A stretch of DNA of 64,000 bases from assembly GCA_965209055.1 (NCBI GenBank), contig OZ242374.1, positions 1,888,001 to 1,952,000 of the forward strand. Reading direction: 5' to 3'. Below the pieces are notes generated by a model that worked only from the letters and a program-made list of their open reading frames with translations, was not told the DNA's origin and made no database searches. This DNA is from Acidobacteriota bacterium (lineage in GTDB: Bacteria; Acidobacteriota; UBA6911; RPQK01; JAJDTT01). Both the position numbers and the translations under genes were made by a program. This document shows positions 17,024 through 27,192 of the stretch, one piece after another (the stretch's first letter is position 1; the number at the start of each line of letters is the position of its first letter).

Positions 17024-18655
17024 TCACTCTTTCCTCTTTCCTCCTTCCACCACCACGTACTCCCGATCCGCCTCCAGTTTCTCCAGAACCTGGCGTTGTC
17101 CCCGGCTCCAACGCACCTCGATCCGCTGGACCTCGCCGGCCGTCCCCAACCCGAAGTGAAGCCGCGGGTCGTCGGACGACTGGTACCCCGACCCGGCCCG
17201 CACCTCCCGGATCTGAGTCGAATCCCCGGCGATGAGCGTGACCCGGGTTCCCACGGCGTCCCGATTGGATTCCGTCCCCTCCAATCTCAGGCGCAGCCAG
17301 TGGCCCTTGCTCCCCTCGTTGCGGTAAAGGGACAGCCCCCCGTCCATGTTGGAGACGGCCACGTCCACGTCCCCGTCATTGTCGAAGTCGGCAATTGCGG
17401 CGCCGCGGCTGGAATCAGCCTGGGAAAGCCCCAATGCCTCATCTGAAGCCATCTCCCGGAAACGGCCGTTGCCCAGGTTTCGAAACAGGAGGCTCCTCTG
17501 CCGGAACCGGGTCCCCGTTGGCCGGGTATCCACTTGCGGAAAGACGTGCCCGTTGGCCACGAAAAGGTCCTCCCAGCCGTCGTGGTCGTAGTCGAAGAAG
17601 TGGGCGCTCCACCCCAGGAAGCGCAGACTGGGCAGGCTCAAACCGGTGGGGCGGGTCACGTCACGGAAACGGCCGCCTCCCAGGTTCCGGTACAGGGTGT
17701 TGTAGTCGGCGGAGAAGTTGGTGACGTAGACGTCGAATCGTCCGTCCCGATCGTAGTCGCCAAAGGCGATCCCCATGCCGGCCTGAGCCTGCCCGTCCTC
17801 GTTGAAGGCCACGGCCGCCACGACTCCCCGTTCCTCGAAGGTTCCGTCTCCCCGATTGCGGAAGAGAAAGTTGGCCATGGAGTCGTTGGCCACATAGAGG
17901 TCGCTGGCGCCGTCGCCGTCGTAGTCGCACCAGACGGCGCCCATCCCGTAGGAAGCCGGAGCCTCCATCCCCGCCGCCTTGGTGGCTTCCCGGAAGGTGC
18001 CGTCGCCGTTGCTGAGGTAGAAGGTGTCCCGGGTCGCCGGAAGCCCCCCCGGCCCACAGTGGACCTGGACTCCGCGGTACTGGCAATCGGGCGATGCGGC
18101 GGGCGGATTCTCGTGGTCGAACTCCACGTAGTTGGCCACGTAGAGGTCCAGCCACCCGTCCCCGTTGGCGTCGGCGAAGGCGGCGCTGGAACTCCAGGAG
18201 GAGTCCCCCACCCCCGCTTCCCGGGTCACGTCCCGGAAGGTGCCGTCGCCGTTGTTCCGGTACAGGAGGTTGGGACCGTAGTTGCAGACGTAGAGGTCGG
18301 ACCAGCCGTCGTTGTCGTAGTCGGCGATGGTCACTCCCATGCCCCAATGGCGCCCTCCCACGCCCGCCTCGGAGGTTACCGGCCGGAAGGTGCCGTCCCC
18401 CTGGTTGCGGTAGAGGGCATTGGAGACGCTGCGTTTCCCGGTTCCCAGCTCCTCCCAGAGGCCCCCGTTGACGGCATACAGATCGAGCCAGCCGTCCCGG
18501 TCGTAGTCGATCCAACCGACTCCGCTGCCCACCGTCTCCAGGATGTGGTCCTTGGCGCTGCCGCCGCCCCGGTGCCGGAAGTTCAGCCCCGCTTCACGGC
18601 TCATCTCCGTGAAGTGAACTCCGCCGGAAAGCAGTAGCAGGAACGCCATGATCAT
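17024..18655 (-). CDS. CRTAC1/ASPIC-UnbV family FG-GAP repeat protein
   Basis: Repeated DYDxDGxxDL motifs; C-terminal SNRDAVG...GSGYQS...LHFGLG (ASPIC/UnbV). Confidence 0.9.
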   Translation of the reverse strand: MIMAFLLLLSGGVHFTEMSREAGLNFRHRGGGSAKDHILETVGSGVGWIDYDRDGWLDLYAVNGGLWEELGTGKRSVSNALYRNQGDGTFRPVTSEAGVGGRHWGMGVTIADYDNDGWSDLYVCNYGPNLLYRNNGDGTFRDVTREAGVGDSSWSSSAAFADANGDGWLDLYVANYVEFDHENPPAASPDCQYRGVQVHCGPGGLPATRDTFYLSNGDGTFREATKAAGMEAPASYGMGAVWCDYDGDGASDLYVANDSMANFLFRNRGDGTFEERGVVAAVAFNEDGQAQAGMGIAFGDYDRDGRFDVYVTNFSADYNTLYRNLGGGRFRDVTRPTGLSLPSLRFLGWSAHFFDYDHDGWEDLFVANGHVFPQVDTRPTGTRFRQRSLLFRNLGNGRFREMASDEALGLSQADSSRGAAIADFDNDGDVDVAVSNMDGGLSLYRNEGSKGHWLRLRLEGTESNRDAVGTRVTLIAGDSTQIREVRAGSGYQSSDDPRLHFGLGTAGEVQRIEVRWSRGQRQVLEKLEADREYVVVEGGKRKE

Positions 18656-18721
18656 CTCCGCCAGTCTAGCAAGATGAGGAGGCCGCTCGCGTACGCTGGC
18701 GCATCGTGTAAAAATTGAAGC

Positions 18722-19312
18722 GTGAAGACTTCGCGACGGCGCCAATCCGGCGTGGCGGCTTGGACCCTGAGCCTCTTTATCTTCTGGGGCTACGGTTCGG
18801 GTCCTTCGGAGTTGAACCTGACGACCCTGTCAGGCGAGCGGGTGGACCCGTTCGCCGCCGTAGACTCGACTGGCGTCTTCTTGTTCATGCGCAGCGACTG
18901 TCCCATCTCCAACCGGTATGCGCCCGAACTTCGGCGGCTGCATGAGGCATTCTCGCCCCGGGGAGTGCGGTTCTGGTTCGTCTACGTGGACCCCCGGGAA
19001 GAGCCCGAGTCCATCCGGCGGCACGCGGAGGAATATCAAATTCCGGGAGAGATCCTTCGTGATTCCCACCACGACCTGGTGCGCCGCACGGGCGCCCGGG
19101 TCACTCCGGAGGCGGCCGTCTTCGCCGCCGGCGGACGGCTCGTCTACCGTGGGCGAATCGACGACCGGTACACCGATTTCGGCAAGGCGCGGGCCAAACC
19201 CAATCGCCGCGATTTGAAGCTGGCGCTGGAGGCTGTGCTCAACGGGGAATCGGTCGCGGAACCGGAGACGCAGGCCGTGGGGTGCTTCATCGCGGACCTG
19301 GCCGGCAGATAA
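18722..19312 (+). CDS. Exported redoxin (AhpC/TSA-like thioredoxin fold)
   Basis: DCPISNRY, TPEAAVF, YRGRIDDRY and C-terminal AVGC. Confidence 0.8.
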   Translation: MKTSRRRQSGVAAWTLSLFIFWGYGSGPSELNLTTLSGERVDPFAAVDSTGVFLFMRSDCPISNRYAPELRRLHEAFSPRGVRFWFVYVDPREEPESIRRHAEEYQIPGEILRDSHHDLVRRTGARVTPEAAVFAAGGRLVYRGRIDDRYTDFGKARAKPNRRDLKLALEAVLNGESVAEPETQAVGCFIADLAGR

Positions 19313-19331
19313 CGGATAGGAGAACTTTGAG

Positions 19332-22160
19332 ATGCCAGTTCGGGGGCTTGCGGTCTTTTGTGTCCTTTGGTCCGGGTTCATGGGAATTTCGCCGGCCAGG
19401 GACGGCGCCATCCGCCATTCCGGCTTCGAGGACTTCAGCCAGGGGACCCTGGGGAACGCAGGGGCCAACGTCTACGTTTCCAGGAAGGGGACCGTCCAGG
19501 TCATCAACCAGTGGGATCTGAACCGGGACGGACACGTGGACCTGGTGCTGAGCAACACCCACGACAACATGAGCGTGGTTGACGCTCTCGTCTACTGGGG
19601 CAGCGCCGACGGTCCCCGTTCCCTTCTCCCCGAACTCTGGAGGGAACGGCCCCTGGCGCAGGTGGTCTACGGCCTGATGGACCGGACCGATCACGTGACC
19701 CGGCTCCCCTCCTTCGGCGGCGGCCGGTCGGCGGTTGCGGATCTGAACCGGGACGGATTCCCCGATCTGGTCTTCTGCAACTACATCCACAACTATCCGG
19801 GCGTCCGGACGGCGTACGTCTACTGGGGGAGCCGGGACGGGTATTCCCGCGTCGGGCGCACCGAACTGCCCACCCGGTGGGCGGCGGGCGTCGTGGCCCG
19901 GGACCTCAACTCCGACGGATACATGGACCTGGTCTTCGCCAATCAGGGGGTGGAAGCGGGAGCTGAGAAGATCTCGCCCAAGGTGGATCTCTCCTCCTAC
20001 ATCTACTGGGGCAGCGCCAACGGTTTCGATCCCGACCGCCCGGGACTGGTTCCCACCCGCGGCGCCCGGGACGTGGCCGGCGGCGACGTGAACGGGGACG
20101 GGGACCCTGACCTGATCTTCATCAACAACAGCCCTCAATCGAAAGGGATCCAGATCTTTTTTGGCCGCCAGGGCGTCTACGCCGCCGACCGCTCGTGGGA
20201 GGCGGAGACGGCTCCTCCCGGGAGCATCGGGACCGGCGACCTGGATCGGGACGGTTTCGACGACGTGGTGGTCACGGTGTCGGGTGAGGGCGCCCGGGAC
20301 GGCAACGTCCTCCTGTTCCTGGGAGGGAAGGACGGACCGGTCCCATCTCCCAGCCAGACCCTTCCGGCCATCGCTCCCACCGGCTCGGACATCGCCGATC
20401 TGAACGGGGACGGATACCTGGATCTGGCCGTGTCCAACTCCTCGAACGGGGAGCCGCTGCCCGAGTCCTACGTCTACTGGGGCGGGGCAGAGGGCTTCTC
20501 GGCGCAACTGCGGTCCCAGCTCCCGACCCTGGCCCCGGCCGACGTGGCTTCGGGCGACCTGAACCGGGACGGCCACCTCGACCTGGTCTTCGCCAACGCC
20601 CATGACGGTCAGTCCGCCGACGTGCCCTCGTACGTCTACTGGGGAAGTTCCACCGGCTTCGCGCCGTATATGCGGACCGAACTGCAGGGGTTCGGCGGCA
20701 ACAGCGTCAACCTGGCCGACCTGAACCTCGACGGAAACCTGGATGTGGTGCTGGTGAACCGGTGGAGCGGCAAGCACGCCGGCCAGGTCCTGAACAACAT
20801 CTACTGGGGCAACCCACACCACTACTATTCCACGGCGTCCCGCACGGCCCTGCCCGGACACGGCGCCTACGCCGTCGCCGTCGCCGACCTCAACGACGAC
20901 GGCTTCAACGATCTGGTCCTCACCAACTCCTACGTCGGGTACAGTTGGATCTATTGGGGCAGCCGGGACGGCTACTCCCCCGGGAACCGCCAGGAGTTGG
21001 CCGCCGCCAACGCCCATGGGGTCAGCGCCGCCGATCTGAACCGGGACGGCTACCTGGAGCTGGTCTTCACCCACGGCCGGGGCCGAAAGCTGGGGACCGT
21101 CTACTGGGGCGGAGAAGAGGGCTACTCCGACGCCCGCCGGACCTCGCTCCCCCTGAAGAACCAGAGGTGCACCAACAACCGGGTGGCGGACCTGAACCGG
21201 GACGGCCATCTGGACCTGCTCTTCCCCGGGAGCTGGTACGGCATCTACGAGATCTTCTGGGGCGCCGAGGACGGCTATTCGCCGGAGCGGAGCTGGAGCC
21301 GGGTGCTGCCGGCCGGCAACGTGGAACTGGCCGACCTGAATTCGGACGGAAACCTGGATTTCATGCTGGTGGGGAGCTTCGACCCCGAGACCCGGACCTA
21401 CACCGGCAACAGCTACCTGCTCTGGGGGACCGCCGAGGGGGTTCCCACGCTCGAGAACAAGGTGGAGCTGGAGGGTCACTCGCCCATCGAGTGCGGCATC
21501 GCCGACCTGAACCGGGACGGACACCTGGACCTGGTATTGTCCAACTACATGTCGGGCCGCACCCGCACCCTGCCGGTGTTCATCTACTGGGGCGGGGAAG
21601 GAGGCGCCTACAGCCGGACCAACCGGACCGATCTTCCCGCCTATTCCTCCTCCGCCATCCAGACGGTGGACCTGAACCGGGATGGCTGGCCCGAGATCGT
21701 GGTCCACAATCACATGAAAGACGGTGACCACTCCATCAACACTTACATCTATTGGAACGGCCCTGAAGGGTTCCACCGGGACCGGAAGACCGAAATCCCC
21801 AGCTTCGGTCCCCACTACAGCCAGATGACCGATCCGGGGGACATCTACACCCGGCGCTTGGAGGAGGAATACCTCTCGCCGCCGCTGGAACTACCCGGAC
21901 GCGGCGGCGTCCGGCTGATCTGGGAGGGGGAGGAGCCCCACGGAGCCCGACTGCAGTTCCAGGTCCGCACCGCGTCCAGCCGCGACGGCCTGGAATCCGC
22001 CGAGTGGACCGGGCCCTCCGGCGCCGGCTCCTTCTACCGGGAGTCCGGAACCGGGATCGCCGGCCTGGATGGAACCCGCCGCTGGGCCCAGTACCGGGCC
22101 GTCTTCACCTCTCCGGCCGGCGGTGTCTGGCCCATCCTGTCGGCCGTGGAATTGCGCTAG
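19332..22160 (+). CDS. Secreted FG-GAP/VCBS repeat protein (14 repeats)
   Basis: 14 D(L/V)(N/D)xDGxx(D/E) motifs, most followed by Y(V/I)YWG. Confidence 0.85.
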   Translation: MPVRGLAVFCVLWSGFMGISPARDGAIRHSGFEDFSQGTLGNAGANVYVSRKGTVQVINQWDLNRDGHVDLVLSNTHDNMSVVDALVYWGSADGPRSLLPELWRERPLAQVVYGLMDRTDHVTRLPSFGGGRSAVADLNRDGFPDLVFCNYIHNYPGVRTAYVYWGSRDGYSRVGRTELPTRWAAGVVARDLNSDGYMDLVFANQGVEAGAEKISPKVDLSSYIYWGSANGFDPDRPGLVPTRGARDVAGGDVNGDGDPDLIFINNSPQSKGIQIFFGRQGVYAADRSWEAETAPPGSIGTGDLDRDGFDDVVVTVSGEGARDGNVLLFLGGKDGPVPSPSQTLPAIAPTGSDIADLNGDGYLDLAVSNSSNGEPLPESYVYWGGAEGFSAQLRSQLPTLAPADVASGDLNRDGHLDLVFANAHDGQSADVPSYVYWGSSTGFAPYMRTELQGFGGNSVNLADLNLDGNLDVVLVNRWSGKHAGQVLNNIYWGNPHHYYSTASRTALPGHGAYAVAVADLNDDGFNDLVLTNSYVGYSWIYWGSRDGYSPGNRQELAAANAHGVSAADLNRDGYLELVFTHGRGRKLGTVYWGGEEGYSDARRTSLPLKNQRCTNNRVADLNRDGHLDLLFPGSWYGIYEIFWGAEDGYSPERSWSRVLPAGNVELADLNSDGNLDFMLVGSFDPETRTYTGNSYLLWGTAEGVPTLENKVELEGHSPIECGIADLNRDGHLDLVLSNYMSGRTRTLPVFIYWGGEGGAYSRTNRTDLPAYSSSAIQTVDLNRDGWPEIVVHNHMKDGDHSINTYIYWNGPEGFHRDRKTEIPSFGPHYSQMTDPGDIYTRRLEEEYLSPPLELPGRGGVRLIWEGEEPHGARLQFQVRTASSRDGLESAEWTGPSGAGSFYRESGTGIAGLDGTRRWAQYRAVFTSPAGGVWPILSAVELR

Positions 22161-22239
22161 GAGGGGCGACTTTCCTGTCGCCCGGTTTCCCCTCGTTCGG
22201 CGATGCCCAAAGAACCGGCGGTTAGGAAACCGCCGCTCC
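22160..22239. repeat. REPIN-like inverted pair of GGAG palindromes
   Basis: GGAG-GGGCGAC-TTTCCT-GTCGCCC ... CGGCGGTT-AGGA-AACCGCCG-CTCC between convergent genes. Confidence 0.8.
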
Positions 22240-22246
22240 GCTCCGA

Positions 22247-23458
22247 CTAATACTCTTCCGAAGTCTGCTCGATCCGGTACAGGTGGATGTCGGTTCTCAA
22301 CAGCAGGGTTTCACCCGCGACCGCCAGGGAAGCCAGCGTGCGGCCCTCGACCTGGTTCCTCGCCAGTTCCCGAAAAGCTTTCCTGGGATTGACTACGAAG
22401 GTCTCCCCGGTCTCGTTGAGAAAATAGATCCGATCGGCGCCGTAGAGGGGCGAGGCGGAGAATTGGCCTGGCAGACGCTGTTTCCAATGGACCTCCCCGG
22501 TCTTGGCGTCCAGGCAGCTCGCCACGCCCACGTCGCTGACCAGGTAGAGCTCGTCCCCCACCAGGATCGGTGAGGGGTTCAGAGGCGCTCCCCGGGTGAG
22601 CTTCCAGGCGATGTGGCTCTCGGTGACGTCTCCGCTGCCGCCGGGCCGGACGGCGTAGAGGACAGGACGAATGTACCCGGAGATGACGTAAACCAGATCG
22701 TGGCCGAAGACGGGGCGGGGCACGCCCGAGAATCCGTTGTGGGTGATCCACCAGATCACCTTCCCGTTGCGGGGATCGTAGGCTCCAACCTGGTTTCCAC
22801 CGGGACTGACCACCTGGGTCTGCTCCCCCACCTGGATGACCAAGGGAGTGGCATAGGCCATGTATCCCTGCCGTTGGGTCTTCCAGCGAACCTGTCCGCT
22901 CTCCTTGTCCAGCGCGGCCACGTACTGCACGTCGGTCCCGTCGCAAGCGACGATGAGCAGGTCCTCGAAGAGCACCGGAGAGCCGCCCGGACCGTGGCCG
23001 TGCTCGTACTCGAACTGGTTGCGCCAGAGCACTCGTCCATCGGTGGACACTGCGGCCGTGCCGTTTGCCCCGTAATGGACGTAGACCCGATCGCCCTCCA
23101 GCAACGCCGAGGGGGACGCATAGCTGTTCTTGGAGTGGATGCTTCCCGGGTCTTCCCGGCGGAAGACCTCCAGGTCGTGAAGCAGTTTTCCGGTCTCCAG
23201 ATCCAGGCAGACGAGTCGAAGCGAGCGGCCTTTGTCTTGTGCCGAAGTCATCCAGATCCGGCCGCTCCGGACCACCGGGGAAGACCAGCCGGAGCCGGGG
23301 ACCGGGACCTTCCAGAGGATGTTCTTCTCCTCGGACCAGTTCAGGGGCAGTTTTTCTGCGTGCGAGTGGCCCTGTCCGGCCGGACCCCGGAACTGGGGCC
23401 ATTCCTCCGCCTGCAGGAGACTGACGTTGAGGACCAGGAAGGGGAGGAGGCGGTTCAT
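22247..23458 (-). CDS. PQQ-like (BamB-type) beta-propeller protein
   Basis: Signal peptide then EEWPQFRGP.GQG; WSSPVV; repeated G..xW blades. Confidence 0.85.
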   Translation of the reverse strand: MNRLLPFLVLNVSLLQAEEWPQFRGPAGQGHSHAEKLPLNWSEEKNILWKVPVPGSGWSSPVVRSGRIWMTSAQDKGRSLRLVCLDLETGKLLHDLEVFRREDPGSIHSKNSYASPSALLEGDRVYVHYGANGTAAVSTDGRVLWRNQFEYEHGHGPGGSPVLFEDLLIVACDGTDVQYVAALDKESGQVRWKTQRQGYMAYATPLVIQVGEQTQVVSPGGNQVGAYDPRNGKVIWWITHNGFSGVPRPVFGHDLVYVISGYIRPVLYAVRPGGSGDVTESHIAWKLTRGAPLNPSPILVGDELYLVSDVGVASCLDAKTGEVHWKQRLPGQFSASPLYGADRIYFLNETGETFVVNPRKAFRELARNQVEGRTLASLAVAGETLLLRTDIHLYRIEQTSEEY

Positions 23459-23507
23459 GGTATGGCGGGTTCGGCCGGCGACGGTCTCGGCCCCGGGACC
23501 TGGGCGG

Positions 23508-24512
23508 TCAGTCCTCCTCGGCAAAGGCGGCGTCGAAAGCCACGCTGGAGGGCTTGAAGTCGATGGATCGGACGAAGGCGGCGGATTCGGTGGCGCCATG
23601 CTCCCGGTCCATGCCCGCGTCTTCCCACTCCACCGAGAGCGGGCCGTCGTAGCCGATGTCGTTCAGCGCCCGGATGATCTCTTCGAATCGGACGCTGCCC
23701 CGGCCCAGGGAACGGAAATTCCAGAACCGGTCCGGGTGCCCGAAGGGGAGATGCCCGCCGAACACGCCGGCGCGGGTGAGCGACGGCGACCAGTACGCGT
23801 CCTTCATGTGGACGTGGACGATCCGGTCCCCGAAGGTCCGGATGAAGTCCACATAGTCGACTCCCTGGTAGCCCAGGTGGCTGGGGTCGTAGTTGAAGCC
23901 GAAGCATTCGTGCCCGCCGACGGCTTCGATGGTCTTCTCGGCGGTGGCGATGTCGAAGGCGATCTCGGTGGGGTGGACCTCCAGTCCGAACCGCACGCCG
24001 CAATCCTGAAACACCTGGAGGATGGGCAGCCAGCGGCGTCCCACGTCCTGGAAACCCTGCTCGATGGTTTCAGGGTCCACGGGGGGAAAGGAGTAGAGGA
24101 GGTGCCAGATGCTGCTTCCCGTAAACCCGTTGACGATCTTGAGCCCGAACTCGGCCGCGGCCCGGGCCGTGTTTTCCATCTCCCGGGCGGCTCTTTCGCG
24201 AACTCCCTCCGGATCGCCGTCTCCCCAGACCGACGGGGGCAGGATGGCCTGGTGCCGGTCGTCGATGTTGTCGCAGACCGCCTGGCCCACCAGGTGGTTG
24301 CTCACGGCGTAGCACTGGAGTCCATACCGGTTCAGCGTGTCCCGGTGATTCCGGCAGTAGGAATCCTCTTCCAGCGCCCGATGGACCTCGAAATGATCAC
24401 CCCAGCAGGCCAGTTCCAGGCCGTCGTAGCCGAACTCCTTGGCCTTGCGGCACATGGTGTCGAAATCCAGGTCCGCCCATTGCCCTGTAAACAATGTGAC
24501 CGGTCGTCCCAT
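23508..24512 (-). CDS. Sugar phosphate isomerase/epimerase (xylose-isomerase-like TIM barrel)
   Basis: [34 protein letters not shown] and SVEWED; GGAGG SD. Confidence 0.88.
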   Translation of the reverse strand: MGRPVTLFTGQWADLDFDTMCRKAKEFGYDGLELACWGDHFEVHRALEEDSYCRNHRDTLNRYGLQCYAVSNHLVGQAVCDNIDDRHQAILPPSVWGDGDPEGVRERAAREMENTARAAAEFGLKIVNGFTGSSIWHLLYSFPPVDPETIEQGFQDVGRRWLPILQVFQDCGVRFGLEVHPTEIAFDIATAEKTIEAVGGHECFGFNYDPSHLGYQGVDYVDFIRTFGDRIVHVHMKDAYWSPSLTRAGVFGGHLPFGHPDRFWNFRSLGRGSVRFEEIIRALNDIGYDGPLSVEWEDAGMDREHGATESAAFVRSIDFKPSSVAFDAAFAEED

Positions 24513-24737
24513 AAACGCCTCCCGAACCGCGAGAATAGCACATGGATAAGGGGGTTTCAGCACCCTTTGGTCAAGGCGCGGCAACCCCGGTTCGAACTCC
24601 GGAGTCCAAGTCCGGAATCCTGATTCCAGACTCCGGGGTTCCCAATCGCACCTCCTGCGCCTTGCGGCTAACGCCATGGCTGACTATACTTTCCTCCGCC
24701 GGCACGGGAGTACCGTGTCCGAAGAAAGGACCTGAAA

Positions 24738-25466
24738 ATGATATTCCTCTATGCGGCCATCTATTTGGCCGTGGTGGTTCAGATTTCCAATTTGTGCACC
24801 ACCATCTACCTTCACCGGTACATGTCCCACCATGCCCTCAAGTTGCATCCTGCCGTGGCCATGGGCATGCAGTTCTGGCTCTGGTTGCATACCGCCATCG
24901 ACCCGCGGGAGTGGGTCGCGGTTCACCGCAAGCACCACCAGTTTCCCGACGAACATGGCGACCCTCACAGCCCCAAGCTGGAGGGCCTCTGGAAGGTCTT
25001 GCTGACCAACGCCTACCTCTACCGCAAGGAAGCGGCCAACCCGGAGACCGTGGCCCGGTACACCCGGGACATCCGCACCAACCGGTTCGAGGACTTCATG
25101 CACCGCCAGGGCTACCTGGGGTTGTTTCTGGGCGTCGTGGCGGCAGGCGTGTTGTTGGGACCCATCGCCGGGATCGTGACGTTTCTGTTGCAGGCGGTCG
25201 TCTACGTCTTCCTCAACGGCATGATCAACGGCGCCTGCCACGCCGTGGGCTACAAGAACTTCCGCAACACCGCCACCAACCTCCGTTGGGTGGCTTGGCT
25301 GACCGCCGGCGAGGGGCTGCACAACAACCACCACCACGCCCCGTCGTCACCCAAGCTGAGTCTTCGTTTGAGCGAGATCGATCCGGCATGGCCCGTCATC
25401 CGCCTGCTCGAGTGGTTGAAGCTGTGCAAGGTCAGGCCGCACCTCAAGCGCATGCCCTCGTCGTGA
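24738..25466 (+). CDS. Delta-9-type fatty acid desaturase
   Basis: His boxes HRYMSH, HRKHH and GEGLHNNHH; DPHSP. Confidence 0.9.
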   Translation: MIFLYAAIYLAVVVQISNLCTTIYLHRYMSHHALKLHPAVAMGMQFWLWLHTAIDPREWVAVHRKHHQFPDEHGDPHSPKLEGLWKVLLTNAYLYRKEAANPETVARYTRDIRTNRFEDFMHRQGYLGLFLGVVAAGVLLGPIAGIVTFLLQAVVYVFLNGMINGACHAVGYKNFRNTATNLRWVAWLTAGEGLHNNHHHAPSSPKLSLRLSEIDPAWPVIRLLEWLKLCKVRPHLKRMPSS

Positions 25467-25481
25467 ACCCCGGCGTTGGGG

Positions 25482-26375
25482 CTACCGGGCAGGTGGTCCC
25501 AGCGTGAACGTCTTTCCCCCCAACTCGAAGCGGACACCGCCGGCTCCCGGCGAGAATGGTGTCTCTTCGCCTTTTCGGGGAGACTCCGTCAATTCCAATG
25601 CTTCGCCGGAAACGGTCCGGACCAGAGCCGGATCGATTCTGCGGACGGTGCTGTTGCGAAGGTCCATCAGGAGCGGTCCGTCCAGGCCGGGCGCCTGAAT
25701 CAGAAATCCGCCGGCCCCTTCCGATTCATAGATCCGGGCTCGTTCTTCGGGTTGGCCTTCGATGGTCAGAGAGTAGCTCGAACTGGGCACGAACCGGGAG
25801 GTTTCTCCCAGTGAGCCCAGCCGATGGGCCGCCTCGATAAACTCGATGTCCGCGCTCCTGTAGGCCCAGATGGAGGCCCCGAGAGCCGCCAGCAGCGCCA
25901 AGCCGAGTCGCCTTTTCGGAATTCCTGCTGATTTGCGCCGCCTCCAGAAACAAAGCAGGGTCATAGGAACCATGAACAGTAGATCCTGCCAGAACGCCTC
26001 CGCGGGAGTGCGCTCGATCAGGGACCCGAAGCAGCCGCAACTTCCCGGTTCCCTCAGTCCCTGGGAGACGAGCCAATAGTCGCGTCCGTTGAGGAAGATA
26101 AGGAAGATCACCAAGGCCGCGGTCGGCAGCAGGACGACGAGGTGGCGAACTCCCAACAGCAACGCCGTCCCCAATCCCGCCTGAAGGGCCAGGGCGATCA
26201 GCGCCACCTGAACGGCGGTGAAAAGGAAGTCCAGTTCTTCCTGCCGGATCCGATCGATGAACGCGCCGAAGTCGTCAGGGTTCCAGCCCTTGCCATAGGT
26301 GGCAACCAGGAACCACACACCGAGGAGTATCGCCCCGGCCGTTCCGGCATGTTTTTTCCAACGGCTATGGTCCAT
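25482..26375 (-). CDS. MauE/DoxX-like membrane protein with C-terminal soluble domain
   Basis: About 5 TM segments; SCGCFG motif. Confidence 0.7.
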   Translation of the reverse strand: MDHSRWKKHAGTAGAILLGVWFLVATYGKGWNPDDFGAFIDRIRQEELDFLFTAVQVALIALALQAGLGTALLLGVRHLVVLLPTAALVIFLIFLNGRDYWLVSQGLREPGSCGCFGSLIERTPAEAFWQDLLFMVPMTLLCFWRRRKSAGIPKRRLGLALLAALGASIWAYRSADIEFIEAAHRLGSLGETSRFVPSSSYSLTIEGQPEERARIYESEGAGGFLIQAPGLDGPLLMDLRNSTVRRIDPALVRTVSGEALELTESPRKGEETPFSPGAGGVRFELGGKTFTLGPPAR

Positions 26376-26462
26376 GTGCGGTTATTCTACCCTTGCGTTC
26401 ATCCCGGATGCAGGCCGCCAGCTTGATCCCGGCAACGTCCGATAGGAGGGTGGAGATTCCGG

Positions 26463-27029
26463 CTAGTGTCTTGCTGAAATCCGTTTGGCCAAGCTGTGGG
26501 GCAACACCGGTATCGTTCCTTCCGCAAGCAGATCGCCGACTTCCGTCACCAGCGAAGAACTGTCCGGATCGATGGCCAGGTTTCTCTCCACCAGCGCCCG
26601 CGCCTCGCGGTCCCGCTCCTTCATGCTCTGGGCCAGGATCGCCGCCGCCAGAGCTTGGCCGTAGAAGGACGCGACGAGTTCCGCCCGCGGGCTCATTTCA
26701 CCCAGCAGGTGGAGTCCCTTGAGCAGGTCGGTCACCTCTTGGAAGATGTGTCCCAGCCGCCGCCGCGTTCCGCTCCAGTTCTCCCCCGACGTCAATTGAC
26801 GGGCGACCTGCATGTGGTAGGTCCGAAGCCCTTCGGCCAGCGTCGTCGCCACCACCATGTCCTGGTCCGCCGCTTTCTTCCCGGCCTCCAGCAACTGCTT
26901 CCGGGTCAGCCCCATGGCCGGAACGAACACGATGGGAGTCCTCTGCGTTCTTCCCAAAATGGATTCCACCACCCGCAGGATCGTGTCCGCCGACTGGATC
27001 TCTCCGCTCTTCAATTCCAATGTGTCCAT
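26463..27029 (-). CDS. Degenerate aspartokinase-like protein (N-terminal amino-acid-kinase region only)
   Basis: Resembles the LysC/ThrA N-terminus (VFVPAMG, LLKGLHLLGEMSPR, YGQALAAAILA, GTIPVL) but lacks KFGG and ends before GRGGSD. Confidence 0.55.
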   Translation of the reverse strand: MDTLELKSGEIQSADTILRVVESILGRTQRTPIVFVPAMGLTRKQLLEAGKKAADQDMVVATTLAEGLRTYHMQVARQLTSGENWSGTRRRLGHIFQEVTDLLKGLHLLGEMSPRAELVASFYGQALAAAILAQSMKERDREARALVERNLAIDPDSSSLVTEVGDLLAEGTIPVLPHSLAKRISARH

Positions 27030-27192
27030 GGCAGTGAAACCTGTAACGAACGACTTCCTGGAAACGCCACATTACCAAAATCAGGCTCTCTGCTCACCCC
27101 TCCACCGGCGTTCATGGACCGGTTTTGTGCCAAGTGATATAACTCTTTGAAGCCCAGACCGAGTCAGGCATTCACCCGCGCCAGGAGGCCTC

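Noticed and set aside
19287-21815. 842-aa minus-strand ORF with VxVxVQ repeats
   Set aside because: Mirror of the DLNxDG repeats of the FG-GAP gene on the opposite strand
24560-24650. tRNA-like element (GGTTCGAAC plus nested hairpins)
   Set aside because: No 5-bp T stem with a 7-nt loop, and no acceptor or anticodon arms could be built; just an intergenic inverted repeat
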